A DNA stretch of 64,000 bases from a bacterium (GCA_021791445.1 JAJYWO010000010.1:1304-65303); one strand, 5' to 3'; counted from the first letter of the stretch, positions 9,406-19,538 are shown. Notes: a model not told the origin generated them from the sequence alone. Numbers and translations are program-made.

Positions 9406-10239
9406 TTCTTTCTTAAATTGTGTCAGTTTATAAAAATTCTCAAAAATTTTTGCCACTAAAATCGAACCGGTGCCGCCCGGAGTAGGAGTGTAAAAATTCA
9501 GTTTATTAGTTTGTAAGTTTGTAAGTTTGTAAGTTTCAAAATCGCCGGAAATTTCCCCCTCTTTGTTAAAACTATAACCGAAATCAATCACGCCGGCGCC
9601 GTTTTTCAGCATTTCCGGCTTTATTAAGCCGGCTTGGCCGACTCCGGAAATTATCAAATCGTAATTTTTCAAATCATTCAAATTACTGCCGCTTCTAAAA
9701 ATTTTCAATTCTTTAATTTTTTGATTCATCAACCAAACACTAATTGGCTTGCCGATTAAGAAGCCGGCGCCCACTATGGCAATTTTAACATCTGACAATT
9801 GACGCTTAACAACTGACAAAATTTCTTTTGTTGTTTCGACTGCCGGAGGCAATACTGGATTTCTGCCATTATAAAACGCGCCCAAAGCGCGCTCACCCAA
9901 AACATCAACATCTTTTTCTCGCGGAATGACATTTAAAATATAATGGCGGTTAATATGTTCCGGCAAAGGCAACTGAATAATCACTCCGCCGACTCTTTTC
10001 AATAAAGCGATTTTGCCGACTTCTTTTCGCAAGTCGTCGTTTTTCAATTTTGCCGGAAATTCATACATCCGAAAATCAATGCCGAGCTCCTTGGCGACCT
10101 TTTCTTTTTGTTTTAAAAAACTTTTTGATTGCGGATTGTCGCCGACCAAAACAGCCGCGAAAATTTTCTCCGGCTTCGGCTGTTTTTTCAATTCGTCAAT
10201 AATTTTTTGCGCGATTTTTTTCCCGTCAATAATTTGCAT
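9397..10239 (-). CDS. folD: Bifunctional methylenetetrahydrofolate dehydrogenase/cyclohydrolase
   Basis: IIDGKKIA, LVGDNP, IIQLPLP, KDVD, VIDFG, TPTPGGTG. Confidence 0.9.
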   Translation of the reverse strand: MQIIDGKKIAQKIIDELKKQPKPEKIFAAVLVGDNPQSKSFLKQKEKVAKELGIDFRMYEFPAKLKNDDLRKEVGKIALLKRVGGVIIQLPLPEHINRHYILNVIPREKDVDVLGERALGAFYNGRNPVLPPAVETTKEILSVVKRQLSDVKIAIVGAGFLIGKPISVWLMNQKIKELKIFRSGSNLNDLKNYDLIISGVGQAGLIKPEMLKNGAGVIDFGYSFNKEGEISGDFETYKLTNLQTNKLNFYTPTPGGTGSILVAKIFENFYKLTQFKKEKV

Positions 10240-10287
10240 TTCAATATTTTAACACAAAAATATCTTAAATAAAAAATGTTTAAAATA

Positions 10288-10319
10288 AAAAACGGCGTTC
10301 CGGATAGGCAACGCCATTT
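10288..10319 (-). terminator. Intrinsic terminator of the 10329-10646 gene
   Basis: Minus strand TGGCGTT...AACGCCG hairpin followed by a T run. Confidence 0.6.
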
Positions 10320-10328
10320 AAAAAAATA

Positions 10329-10646
10329 CTACTTGGGAATAAATTTTTCTACCCCCACAATCTCAATGTCAAATCCAAGCCGCAAATCGTGAAGCATTTG
10401 CGCTATCTTATCTGCTTCTTGAATATTTGTGTCGTAGATACGTAGAAATGGCTGAGATGTATGTTCTACATCAATACAAAAGGAATCAAACGCTGTTATA
10501 ACTACTTTGTCCTTAAATTCTGATGCAAAAATAACGTCTTTTATTTTTTTTACTGTATTTAACAGCGCTTGATGTTGCAATCGAAATAATAGTGTATCCT
10601 CAACCTCAAAAATACTTCCCATTCCGTGAATCTCGATATTCGGCAT
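10329..10646 (-). CDS. Hypothetical protein (possible tautomerase-like fold)
   Basis: 105 aa; own TTGACA promoter, AAGGAGG SD and terminator; starts M-P-N-I-E-I. Confidence 0.7.
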   Translation of the reverse strand: MPNIEIHGMGSIFEVEDTLLFRLQHQALLNTVKKIKDVIFASEFKDKVVITAFDSFCIDVEHTSQPFLRIYDTNIQEADKIAQMLHDLRLGFDIEIVGVEKFIPK

Positions 10647-10731
10647 AACGCCTCCTTTTAAATTTTAAAATAACTTTAAGCCAAAGGCTTTATTATTAAA
10701 ATATAAACATATTTTATTTATCTTGTCAATG

Positions 10732-10968
10732 ATTTTCTCCAAAACTTTTCATAGCGAACATCGCGCAAGGTTAAGAATAAATCAATGAGCGGAATGAAGG
10801 ATTTTTTGACTATAAATTTAATGGTCGGAAAACTCCTGACATAATTTTACGAAGTAAAATTATGGCGGATGGTAAACGGGCACCGTTAAATTTATTCAAA
10901 AAATCAGATTGGAGCGATTTGATTTATTTAACCTGAGCGTCGTGAGCGAGAAAAGTTTTGGAGAAAAT
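10732..10968. repeat. 237-bp nested fold-back element (MITE-like or structured RNA)
   Basis: Arms ATTTTCTCCAAAACTTTTC/GAAAAGTTTTGGAGAAAAT, two inner paired arms, apical CATAATTTTAC-gaa-GTAAAATTATG. Confidence 0.8.
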
Positions 10969-10977
10969 TAATGTATA

Positions 10978-11367
10978 TTAAATATTTTTATAATGTTTTA
11001 TTACATAATGATTATCTAAAAGTGTCAAGGCGATTAAGTCTATGCGCCAGCCTTTTTTGTCATCAACCAAATCTTGATTATGGCCGGCGTACAAAGACGC
11101 GGTTCTTTGGAGTTTTTGGAGTTTAGCGGCCGTAAGCTGGTCTTCGGCGGAAATGTGTTTATCATCGTTTTCCGTGTGTAATTTTTCCACTCCGCGAACG
11201 GTTTTTACTTCCACAAATACTAGGGTTCTATCCGGCGCTTTAACGATTATGTCTATCTCGCCCCACTTTTGCCGGAAATTCCGCTCAATCACCTTATATT
11301 TGTTTTTCACAAGATATCCACAGGCGATATTTTCGCCAAGTTGACCGGCGTAAGACCTCTGATTCAT
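10978..11367 (-). CDS. yraN: YraN/UPF0102 family PD-(D/E)xK nuclease-like protein
   Basis: GQLGENIACGYL, ERNFRQKWGEIDII, LVFVEVKT, WRIDLIA; likely start MNQRS at 11367. Confidence 0.88.
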   Translation of the reverse strand: MNQRSYAGQLGENIACGYLVKNKYKVIERNFRQKWGEIDIIVKAPDRTLVFVEVKTVRGVEKLHTENDDKHISAEDQLTAAKLQKLQRTASLYAGHNQDLVDDKKGWRIDLIALTLLDNHYVIKHYKNI

Positions 11368-11385
11368 ATAAGTTATGGTAAACCA

Positions 11386-11680
11386 TGTGTAATTTTTATA
11401 CAAGTAAAACGAGAAAGTGTTAAACAAAATAATGTTTAACAGTAACTTTTGTGTAATTTTTACACAAAACAAACGGCAAAAGCGTTAAACACTTAAATGT
11501 TTAACGCTAAGTTTGTGTAATTTTTACACACGTTTTTTGCCACCATTTAAAAACCCACATAAAATGCGTGTTTTTGAAAATGACCGTTTTTGATGTTTAA
11601 CACTTAAAAGTGTTAAACAAATATTTTGCGACAGATAAAGTGTTTAACACTTAGGCGTTAAACACTTTTTGTTTAACAGT
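11386..11680. repeat. Array of short palindromes with a 64-bp period
   Basis: TGTGTAATTTTTA(C/T)ACA at 11386, 11450 and 11514; about nine GTTAAAC/GTTTAAC motifs, mostly in inverted pairs. Confidence 0.75.
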
Positions 11681-11684
11681 TTAA

Positions 11685-11707
11685 TGAAGGCCTCCGCAAG
11701 GCCTTCA
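11685..11707. repeat. Short hairpin repeat TGAAGGCCTCCGCAAGGCCTTCA, copy 1
   Basis: Identical copy at 41589-41611. Confidence 0.8.
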
Positions 11708-11723
11708 AATAAAAAACGGCGCC

Positions 11724-12095
11724 CTAATCAAGCAGCGCCGTAAACTTCTTAAGTTTCGTCAATAGGTGATGAGGATGGAACGGTTTATGAATAAAATCAT
11801 CAGCCCCAGCTTCAATGGCTTCTTTTTTTATATCCTCGCTGCTCATCAGGATAATCCCAATATCCGAATCCGGATAAGAACTTTTTATTTTCTTTATCAG
11901 TTCTATCCCCGACATTCCCGGCATTTGCCAATCCGTAATAACAACATCCGGAATCTTCTCTGAAATTTTTTTCAAAGCCTCGCAACCATTTTCGGCCAAT
12001 CTAACCTCAAAGCCGAAAAGATGAAGAATGTCCTGCAACAGTGTCCTCATAGAAGAATTGTCATCTACAACCAAAATATTGAGCATTTTTTCCAT
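11724..12095 (-). CDS. Single-domain response regulator (CheY-like receiver)
   Basis: ILVVDD, VITDWQMPGMSG (phospho-Asp), GADDFIHKPF. Confidence 0.92.
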   Translation of the reverse strand: MEKMLNILVVDDNSSMRTLLQDILHLFGFEVRLAENGCEALKKISEKIPDVVITDWQMPGMSGIELIKKIKSSYPDSDIGIILMSSEDIKKEAIEAGADDFIHKPFHPHHLLTKLKKFTALLD

Positions 12096-12187
12096 GCGCG
12101 CACCCCTTTACGAATTTAAGAATTTAAATTTTACCGTTAAAAACGGTCAAAGAACTTATTATAAGATAGACTAATTTCTATATTTTG

Positions 12188-12763
12188 TCAATAGTTAAAA
12201 TTTTGCCACAAATTAAAATCAAGCTCCAATTTTATTTCTTCTTTGCCGCCTTTTTGAGGAATCATTAAATATCCTTGTTTCTTCGCAAGTTCATATAATT
12301 CTTTGGTGATCTTTACGTCGTTCAAACAATAATTTTTCAGTTCTTCAATTTTGCCTTCGCGATATAAAATACCGGCGTCCAAACTATGGCCGTTTTTGCC
12401 ATAACCGAGATTGGTTTTTGCCAAAATATCCAAACCCACCCGCTTGCCGAGATTAAATTCAATTTCATCTAAAATATCCAAGTGTGGGATGGAAAAAATA
12501 TCTCCGCCAGAAGTATTACTGAAATGCTTTTGCAAAACCGGCAAGTCAAAACGGCTTATGCTAAATCCGATTATCATTCCGGCGTTTTTTATCATCTCCA
12601 TCGCCGCCGCGAATTCATTTTCGTCAAACGCGAAAAACTTATCCCGATTATGGGAATAAAGTCCGATTAAAGAAACTTCCAAGGCGTCGAAATTATTTTC
12701 GCCGACCTCCTGAAAAGTGTTTTTTGTCTCAATGTCTAAAACAAGAGTGTCTTTTTCTTCCAA
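12188..12763 (-). CDS. YprB/RNase_H_2-like DEDD exonuclease-fold protein
   Basis: LVLDIETK, IGFSISRFDLP, HLDILD, YCLNDVKIT. Confidence 0.8.
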   Translation of the reverse strand: MEEKDTLVLDIETKNTFQEVGENNFDALEVSLIGLYSHNRDKFFAFDENEFAAAMEMIKNAGMIIGFSISRFDLPVLQKHFSNTSGGDIFSIPHLDILDEIEFNLGKRVGLDILAKTNLGYGKNGHSLDAGILYREGKIEELKNYCLNDVKITKELYELAKKQGYLMIPQKGGKEEIKLELDFNLWQNFNY

Positions 12764-12781
12764 AATTCAAAAACTAGAAAA

Positions 12782-13770
12782 TTATTTACTCTGCAGCGAT
12801 TTTTTGATTTTATTCAAAAGCTGTTTGTCTTCTTTGAGTTTTTCCCGCGCCGCTTCCACGCCCACGCCAAGTTTTTCGCCCTCAAAAGAATATGTGTTTC
12901 CTGATTTGGAAACAACGCCCGCTTTAATTCCGGCGTTCAAAATATCGCCGGCGTATGATATGCCCTCGCCGTACATAATGTCAAATTCCGCGATTTTAAA
13001 CGGCGCTGCCACTTTGTTTTTCACCACTTTCGCCTTAACGCGGTTGCCGACAACGTCTTCGCCTTTTTAATCTGGGCGATGCGGCGAATATCAATACGCA
13101 CCGAAGCGTAAAATTTCAAAGCCCGACCGCCCGGGGTGGTAGTCGGTTCGCCGTAACCCATCATCCCGATTTTTTCGCGGAGCTGATTGATAAAAATAAT
13201 CAAAGTGTTTGATTTGGCGGAAATCGCCGTCAATTTGCGAAGCGCCTGGGACATCATTCTCGCCTGAAGCCCGATGTATTGCGCGCCCATTTCGCCCTCA
13301 ATTTCCGTTTTTGGAGTCAAAGCGGCAACCGAATCAACCACAATCACGTCAATGATTCCCGAACGCACCAGGCTTTCCAGAATATTCAGCGCTTCCTCGC
13401 CGCTGTCCGGCTGAGAGATAATCAGGTCGTTAATTTTTACCCCTAATTTTTTGGCGTATTCCGGGTCCATAGCGTGTTCCGCGTCAATAAAAGCCGCCTT
13501 GCCCCCGCCTTTTTGGGCTTCGGCAATGGCGTGAAGCGCCAAAGTGGTCTTGCCGGAACTTTCCGGCCCGAAAATTTCAATAATTCTTCCCTTGGGGAAT
13601 CCGCCGACTCCCAAAGCGATGTCCAGCGAAAAAGAACCGGTCGGTATCGCCGCCACATCGACTTTTTTAATATCGCCCAATTTCATTATCGCGCCCTCGC
13701 CGAATTTTTCTTGAAGAGATTCTAAAAGACTATCCAGTTCGTTGGTTTTTTTATTTTTGTCGTCCTTCAT
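12782..13770 (-). pseudogene. recA: Recombinase A, interrupted by a 1-nt frameshift in an A run near 13064-13068 (sequencing error or true lesion)
   Basis: [43 protein letters not shown] in one frame; [23 protein letters not shown] continues in another; one extra A restores IKKGED. Confidence 0.9.
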
Positions 13771-13772
13771 AA

Positions 13773-14411
13773 TTAAAAATTTTGTTGATATATTATTTCT
13801 CTTTCGACTTTTATTTCCTTGCCGAGAAATCTTTTAACTTTGAATTCTATTTTATTGATTCCCGGCTGGAGTTGGTATTCTTTTTCAAAATTTCCGTTTT
13901 TTTCAACCGGAACTTCTTCGTTGTTTATCGTGAGTTTGTCAAAAAAATTATTGAGATTGCCGCTTAATTTTATAAACTGTTCGTTTACAATTTCGCCGTT
14001 ATTCGCCGGCCGGATTATTTCCATTTTGGGAATGCCGATTATGTCGTCAATCCTGAAGGCCAAATAAATTATAACAAAAAACGCGGCAATTAGCATTATG
14101 GCCTTTTTTCTGCTTTTTCTTTGGGGAGCAAAACGGTTGACGGGGAGTTTGTCGCTTCCTTTTATTTCCGGAGTGATTTCTTTTTTGTAAATGTTCCACA
14201 AATAATCCGCGTCAATTCCCAAAGCCGCGGAAACTTTCATCAAATAGCCGCGGACATAAGGTGGTGGCGGCAATTTTTTAAAATCTCCGGAAACAAACGC
14301 CGCTAAATAATTTTTCGGCACGCCGGTTATTTCCGCCAGCCTTTCAATATCCATCCCCTTAAAGCTGATGGCGTCTTTTAACGCTTCTTGAAAAGATTTA
14401 TTGTCATTCAT
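13773..14411 (-). CDS. RodZ-like HTH membrane protein with C-terminal Ig-like domain
   Basis: N-terminal HTH with [11 protein letters not shown], single TM, beta-rich C-terminus; lies between ftsK and recA. Confidence 0.8.
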   Translation of the reverse strand: MNDNKSFQEALKDAISFKGMDIERLAEITGVPKNYLAAFVSGDFKKLPPPPYVRGYLMKVSAALGIDADYLWNIYKKEITPEIKGSDKLPVNRFAPQRKSRKKAIMLIAAFFVIIYLAFRIDDIIGIPKMEIIRPANNGEIVNEQFIKLSGNLNNFFDKLTINNEEVPVEKNGNFEKEYQLQPGINKIEFKVKRFLGKEIKVEREIIYQQNF

Positions 14412-16518
14412 AATATACTTCTCTCGGCTTGGCGCCTTCGCCGGGGCCGATAATTCCTTTTTCTTCCATTACATCCAAAAGCCGGGCGGCGCGGGCATAA
14501 CCAACTTTTAATCTGCGCTGTAAAAGAGAAGCTGAAGCTTTTTTCGCCGCTTTCACAACTTCAACCGCTTCTTCATATAACTCGTCATCATCGCCTCCAT
14601 CTCCATTAAAATTATCAAAAACATCACTGCTGCTTTCCTCGCCGTTTCCATCATTGCCGTTCTTCCCGTTTTCAAAAGTCACTTCCTCGCTTTTAACGCC
14701 GGAATTATTATCTTTGATAAAATCCGCCACTTTTTTGATTTCCTCTTCGGAAACATAGGCGCCCTGGATGCGTTTCGGCTTGGAAAGTTCCGATGAAACA
14801 AAAAGCATATCTCCGCCGCCGAGCAATTTTTCCGCTCCGGCCGTATCCAAAATAGTCCGGGAATCAACCTGCGAAGCAACCTGCAAAGCGATGCGTGAAG
14901 TGATATTCGCTTTGATTAAGCCCGTAATGACTTCCACAGACGGCCGCTGAGTGGAAACAACCAAATGAATACCCGTTGCCCGAGCCATTTGCGCCAGCCG
15001 CACAATCGCGCCTTCAACTTCACGGCCGTAAGTCGCCATCAAATCAGCCAATTCGTCAATGACTATCAATATATAAGAAAGCCTGTCATCGGGATTTTTT
15101 TTGTTATAACTTTGAACATCCCTGGAACCGGCCGCTTGAAGCATTTCATAGCGCTTGTCCATTTCGCTTAACGCCCAACGGAAAACATTGGCCGCCTTTT
15201 TCGTTTGAGTGACAACCGGAGAAATCAAATGAGGCAATCCGTCATAAACGGAAAGCTCAACCCGCTTCGGGTCAATCATCACCATCTTCAGCGTTTCCGG
15301 AGAATTTTTATAAAGCAAAGAAAGTATAAGCGAATGCAAGGCGATGGATTTGCCGCTGCCCGTGCTCCCGGCAATCAGAAGATGGGGCATTTTTTCAATA
15401 TTGGCGAATATCGGCTCGCCGCTCACATCTCTGCCCAAGACCATTCCAATAAGGCCGGTTGCCGCGAATTCCGGATAATGTATCAAGCTGCCCAAACGAA
15501 CAACGGCCGCAGCCTTGTTCGGCACTTCAATGCCAACCAAAGATTTTCCCGGGATCGGCGCTTCTATTCTGATGGGGTGGGCCGCCAAAGCCAAAGCCAA
15601 ATCGGAATTCAACGCCGTAATGCGCGAAATTTTAACGCCTTCCGCCGGCTTCAAAGTATAACGCGTCACTTTGGGACCGATGTTTATCTCGCCCATTTCC
15701 ACCGGAATGCCGAAACTTTCCAAGGTTCTTTTGATTATATTAGCGCTGGTGCGCAAATCGCCGGCCGTGGGTTTTTCCACCGAAGACCGAAGCAAATCAA
15801 GCGGCGGAAAAACGTAATTGCCGAAAGATTGGGATTTAAAACTGGAAATTTTTTTCAGTTTGGCCGGTTTGTGTTCTTTCACTTCTATCACTTCGGCTCC
15901 TTTTTCTTCCGTTGCCGGCGCAACAGCTTCAACTTGCCCCGATTTTTCGGCTTTTTCCACCGCTTTTTTCAAATCCTCATCTTCCCCGTCTTCTTCTTTT
16001 TCTTCTTTCTTTTTTCTTATTTTCAACGGCTTGTTAAAAATAATCAGAACGGAAATAATTAAACCGGCGATAACAATTACCAACGCTCCGGCATAACCAA
16101 AAAGATTTTCCAAAGAGCCGACTCCGGCGCCGATTATTCCTCCTTTATCCGGAAAAACAATATCTATCAGCCCGAGGCCGGATAAAACGAACAAACCCGC
16201 CCCGATAAAAGCAATAATGTAAACTTTGCGCTGTTCCAATAAAAGGAATGACGCAGCCATCATTAAAAAAATCAAGGGCAAAAGATAATAACCCACGCCG
16301 AACAGCGCTTCAAAAACATCGTAAAAAAAATTCCCCGCCGGACCCGCGCCCTTAAATCTCGCCAAAAGCAAAATCGCGGCAATGCCGCCGAAAATTATCG
16401 CCCAAACGCTCTTTTTGGTTTCGTGATGGAGCCGAAATTCTTCCGTTTTTATAAATTCGCCTTTCGAGCCGATTAAAACTTTTTTTGACTTATCGCGCTT
16501 TTTGCTTTTCTTAGCCAT
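14404..16518 (-). CDS. ftsK: DNA translocase FtsK/SpoIIIE
   Basis: 4 TM N-terminus, RIEAPIPGKSLVGIEVPN, PHLLIAGSTGSGKS, IDELADLM, gamma domain SASLLQRRLKVGYARAARL. Confidence 0.95.
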   Translation of the reverse strand: MAKKSKKRDKSKKVLIGSKGEFIKTEEFRLHHETKKSVWAIIFGGIAAILLLARFKGAGPAGNFFYDVFEALFGVGYYLLPLIFLMMAASFLLLEQRKVYIIAFIGAGLFVLSGLGLIDIVFPDKGGIIGAGVGSLENLFGYAGALVIVIAGLIISVLIIFNKPLKIRKKKEEKEEDGEDEDLKKAVEKAEKSGQVEAVAPATEEKGAEVIEVKEHKPAKLKKISSFKSQSFGNYVFPPLDLLRSSVEKPTAGDLRTSANIIKRTLESFGIPVEMGEINIGPKVTRYTLKPAEGVKISRITALNSDLALALAAHPIRIEAPIPGKSLVGIEVPNKAAAVVRLGSLIHYPEFAATGLIGMVLGRDVSGEPIFANIEKMPHLLIAGSTGSGKSIALHSLILSLLYKNSPETLKMVMIDPKRVELSVYDGLPHLISPVVTQTKKAANVFRWALSEMDKRYEMLQAAGSRDVQSYNKKNPDDRLSYILIVIDELADLMATYGREVEGAIVRLAQMARATGIHLVVSTQRPSVEVITGLIKANITSRIALQVASQVDSRTILDTAGAEKLLGGGDMLFVSSELSKPKRIQGAYVSEEEIKKVADFIKDNNSGVKSEEVTFENGKNGNDGNGEESSSDVFDNFNGDGGDDDELYEEAVEVVKAAKKASASLLQRRLKVGYARAARLLDVMEEKGIIGPGEGAKPREVYYE

Positions 16519-16642
16519 ATTAATTATAAAATTCACAATTCACAGATATTGAATTTTAAAACATTTTTTTTCGTTAAACAATAGCGCTTGCTTCCGCATA
16601 ATTCGCATTGATTTTCGCATAATTCGCATTATATTATACAAT

Positions 16643-17107
16643 ATGTTAATTCTCGGCATTGACCCGGGTTCCACGCGCGTGGGCTACGGATTAATCAAAA
16701 AAAACAAAAATGATTTGTCTTTGATTAAATGCGGTTTGCTGAAAATAAAAAGCAAGGACAAAGCGCAGCGGCTTCTGGAAATTGAAAAAGATTTTTCTTC
16801 TTTAATCGCGAGAACAAAACCCGACTTGGTCATTTTGGAAAAATTATTTTTTATGAAAAACATGAAAACCGCCCTGGAAGTCGCCCAGTCCCGCGGGGTC
16901 TTGACATTATTGGCAACCAAAAGCAAAATACCCCTATTGGAATTTTCGCCGTCGGAAATAAAAATCGGCGTTACCGGCTACGGCCGCGCCGACAAAAAAG
17001 CGATTGCGAAAATGGCCGCCAAAATTTTGAAAGTTCCGGAATTTAAAGAAATAGACGATGTTACTGACGCGATTGCCGCGGCAATAACCGGAGCGCATTA
17101 TAAATAA
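16643..17107 (+). CDS. ruvC: Holliday junction resolvase RuvC
   Basis: ILGIDPG, EKLFF, QSRGV, TGYGRADK, DDVTDAIA. Confidence 0.93.
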   Translation: MLILGIDPGSTRVGYGLIKKNKNDLSLIKCGLLKIKSKDKAQRLLEIEKDFSSLIARTKPDLVILEKLFFMKNMKTALEVAQSRGVLTLLATKSKIPLLEFSPSEIKIGVTGYGRADKKAIAKMAAKILKVPEFKEIDDVTDAIAAAITGAHYK

Positions 17108-17143
17108 TTCAAATAAAAGGTCGTAAAAAATTCTCAATTAAAA

Positions 17144-17329
17144 ATGGTTACATCAGAATTAAAAACAGCCACCGTCGTCAACCAAGACGATGATAATTTG
17201 GATGAAAGCGATGATGTTTGTTCGGGATGCGGCTCGGAACTGGAAGAAGGAGTTTGCCCGGAATGCGACGCGATAGACGACTTGGAAAAATCTCCGCTGG
17301 AAAGCGACGACGAAGACTGGGTTAAGTAA
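17144..17329 (+). CDS. Small acidic zinc-ribbon-like protein
   Basis: 61 aa with CSGC and CPEC; followed by a terminator hairpin. Confidence 0.7.
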   Translation: MVTSELKTATVVNQDDDNLDESDDVCSGCGSELEEGVCPECDAIDDLEKSPLESDDEDWVK

Positions 17330-17335
17330 AAAAAT

Positions 17336-17366
17336 AAAACCGTTCCGCTCTCCGCGGAACGGTTTT
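17336..17366. terminator. Bidirectional intrinsic terminator
   Basis: AAAACCGTTCCGC-tctcc-GCGGAACGGTTTT. Confidence 0.7.
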
Positions 17367-17415
17367 AAATTAAACTCATTGGACTTATTTGTCCCATTGG
17401 TCTTATAATTTAACG

Positions 17416-19512
17416 ATGAAGAAAAAATTTTTATTAAAAACATCCGCCGTTTTTTTGCTGATTTTTTTAACAGCGGCTTTTTGGGGACTTTTAAAAATTT
17501 CCCAAATCGCGCGGGAGTTGCCGGACCCGAAACAATTCAGCAGCCGCCAGGTCGCCCAATCAAGTAAAATTTATGACCGCACCGGCGAAGTTTTGCTTTA
17601 TGAAATTTACAATGAAGAAAAAAGAACAGTGGTTCCTTTTGAGGAAATTCCCGATTATGTAAGAAAAGCTACAATTTCAATTGAAGATAAAAATTTTTAC
17701 AGCCACAAAGGATTCAGCATCGCTTCCATAATCAAAGGCGCGATTATCGAACCGCTCATCGGCCGGCGCGACCGCGCCCGCGGCGGCTCAACCATTACCC
17801 AGCAATTGGCGAAAAACGCTTTTCTCAGCTCGGAAAGAACCGTCATCAGAAAAGTCAAAGAATTGATTTTGGCTTATTGGATTGAACAGCGGTATTCCAA
17901 AGACGAAATTCTGGAACTTTATCTTAACCAAATCCCTTACGGTTCAAACGCTTACGGCATTGAAGCCGCCAGCCAGATGTATTTAAGCAAATCCGCCAAA
18001 GACCTTAATTTGGCCGAAGCCGCGCTTTTAGCCAGTCTGCCAAAGGCGCCGACTTATTATTCTCCCTGGGGAATCCATAAAGAAGAATTACTGCAGCGCA
18101 AAGATTACACTTTGAAACAGATGCTTGATTTGGGATTTATTGACGACGAAGAATTTGAGCGCGCCGAAAAATTCCCCGTTAAATTCGCCGACCCCTCGCT
18201 CGGCGCCATTAAAGCGCCTCACTTCGTGATGATGGTTAAAGATTACTTGGCGAACAAATACGGCGAGGATTTTTTGGAAAAAGGCGGATTGAAAATCACC
18301 ACCACCCTTGATTATGAAATACAGCAAATCGCCGAACGGGTGGTTAAAGAAGGCGCCGAGCGCAACGAAGAATTGTATAAGGGCAAAAACGCCGCTTTGG
18401 TCGCCCAAGACCCGAAATCCGGAGAAATTATCGCCTTGGTCGGTTCACGAGATTGGTTTGATAAACAAAACGAAGGAAATTTTAACGTGGCGGTTCAAGG
18501 GTTGCGGCAACCGGGTTCGGCTTTTAAGCCGTTCGCTTATTTAACCGCTTTCAGCAAAGGATATTTCCCGGAAACTGTTGTTTTTGACGCGCCCACGGAA
18601 TTTGTGCCGAATAATCCCAATTGTCCGATAATTGTGGATTTTTCCAATGAAAACGACCAATGCTATCATCCGGAAAATTTTGACCATTACTTCCGCGGAC
18701 CGATAAATCTCCGCAACGCGCTCAGCCAATCAATAAACGTTCCGGCGGTAAAAATGCTTTATTTGGCCGGACTTGATAACACCATAAAAACCGCCAAAGA
18801 TTTCGGCATCACCACCTTAAAAGATTCCAATTTTTACGGCTTATCTTTGGTTTTGGGCGGAGGAGAAGTTAAACTAATCGACTTGATTAACGCTTATTCG
18901 GTTTTCAGCCAAGAAGGAGTGCGGCATAATCAAAAAATTGTTTTAAAAATAGAAGATGCCAAAGGCAAAGAAATAGAATCTTCATCCGACCAAGCGGTAC
19001 AGGTTTTTGAGCCGCGATACGTCAAAATGCTCAATGACGTTCTTTCCGACCCCGAAGCTCGCCGGCCGCTTTATTCCGGAAGTTTTGATTTGACTGTTTT
19101 TGACGACCGGCAAGTGGCCCTGAAAACAGGAACCACCAACGACTATCGCGACGCCTGGACAATCGGCTACACGCCTTATTTGGTTGCCGGAGTTTGGGCC
19201 GGCAACAACCACCAGGAACCGATGCAAAAAAACGCCGGCAGTATTTTGGCGGCTTTGCCGATTTGGAACGCTTTTATGAAAGAAGTTTTATTGAAATATC
19301 CGGCTGAACCGTTCAATAAGCCGGATGAAATAAATTTGGCGGAAATCCAAAAACCGATGCTTGACGGCTCTTACACTTACGACATTCACGATATTCTTTA
19401 TTATGTGGATAAAAACGATCCGCTTGGACCGATTCCCCAAAACCCATCCCGCGACCCCCAATTCATAAATTGGGAAACTTCTTCGCAAATTTGGTGGCAG
19501 AGGAGTAGTTAA
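17416..19512 (+). CDS. Class A penicillin-binding protein (PBP1A family)
   Basis: Glycosyltransferase motifs EDKNFYSH, GGSTITQQLAKN, RKVKE, LYLNQIPYG; transpeptidase SAFK, SIN, KTGT. Confidence 0.93.
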   Translation: MKKKFLLKTSAVFLLIFLTAAFWGLLKISQIARELPDPKQFSSRQVAQSSKIYDRTGEVLLYEIYNEEKRTVVPFEEIPDYVRKATISIEDKNFYSHKGFSIASIIKGAIIEPLIGRRDRARGGSTITQQLAKNAFLSSERTVIRKVKELILAYWIEQRYSKDEILELYLNQIPYGSNAYGIEAASQMYLSKSAKDLNLAEAALLASLPKAPTYYSPWGIHKEELLQRKDYTLKQMLDLGFIDDEEFERAEKFPVKFADPSLGAIKAPHFVMMVKDYLANKYGEDFLEKGGLKITTTLDYEIQQIAERVVKEGAERNEELYKGKNAALVAQDPKSGEIIALVGSRDWFDKQNEGNFNVAVQGLRQPGSAFKPFAYLTAFSKGYFPETVVFDAPTEFVPNNPNCPIIVDFSNENDQCYHPENFDHYFRGPINLRNALSQSINVPAVKMLYLAGLDNTIKTAKDFGITTLKDSNFYGLSLVLGGGEVKLIDLINAYSVFSQEGVRHNQKIVLKIEDAKGKEIESSSDQAVQVFEPRYVKMLNDVLSDPEARRPLYSGSFDLTVFDDRQVALKTGTTNDYRDAWTIGYTPYLVAGVWAGNNHQEPMQKNAGSILAALPIWNAFMKEVLLKYPAEPFNKPDEINLAEIQKPMLDGSYTYDIHDILYYVDKNDPLGPIPQNPSRDPQFINWETSSQIWWQRSS

Positions 19513-19538
19513 TATTTAAATATTTAAACGTTTAAATA

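Noticed and set aside
11386-11530. 64-bp periodic repeat as a CRISPR array
   Set aside because: Repeat only 17 bp, spacers resemble each other and are palindromic, no cas genes in the window
16612-16639. dif-like site TTTTCGCATAA-TTCGCA-TTATATTATAC next to ftsK
   Set aside because: Explained by a local TTCGCATAA tandem repeat plus the ruvC -10 box, and it lies near the predicted origin rather than the terminus
17144-17329. Acidic Cys-containing small protein as a third RiPP precursor
   Set aside because: Two CxxC pairs fit a zinc ribbon, no FVxF leader, 30 kb from the rSAM genes
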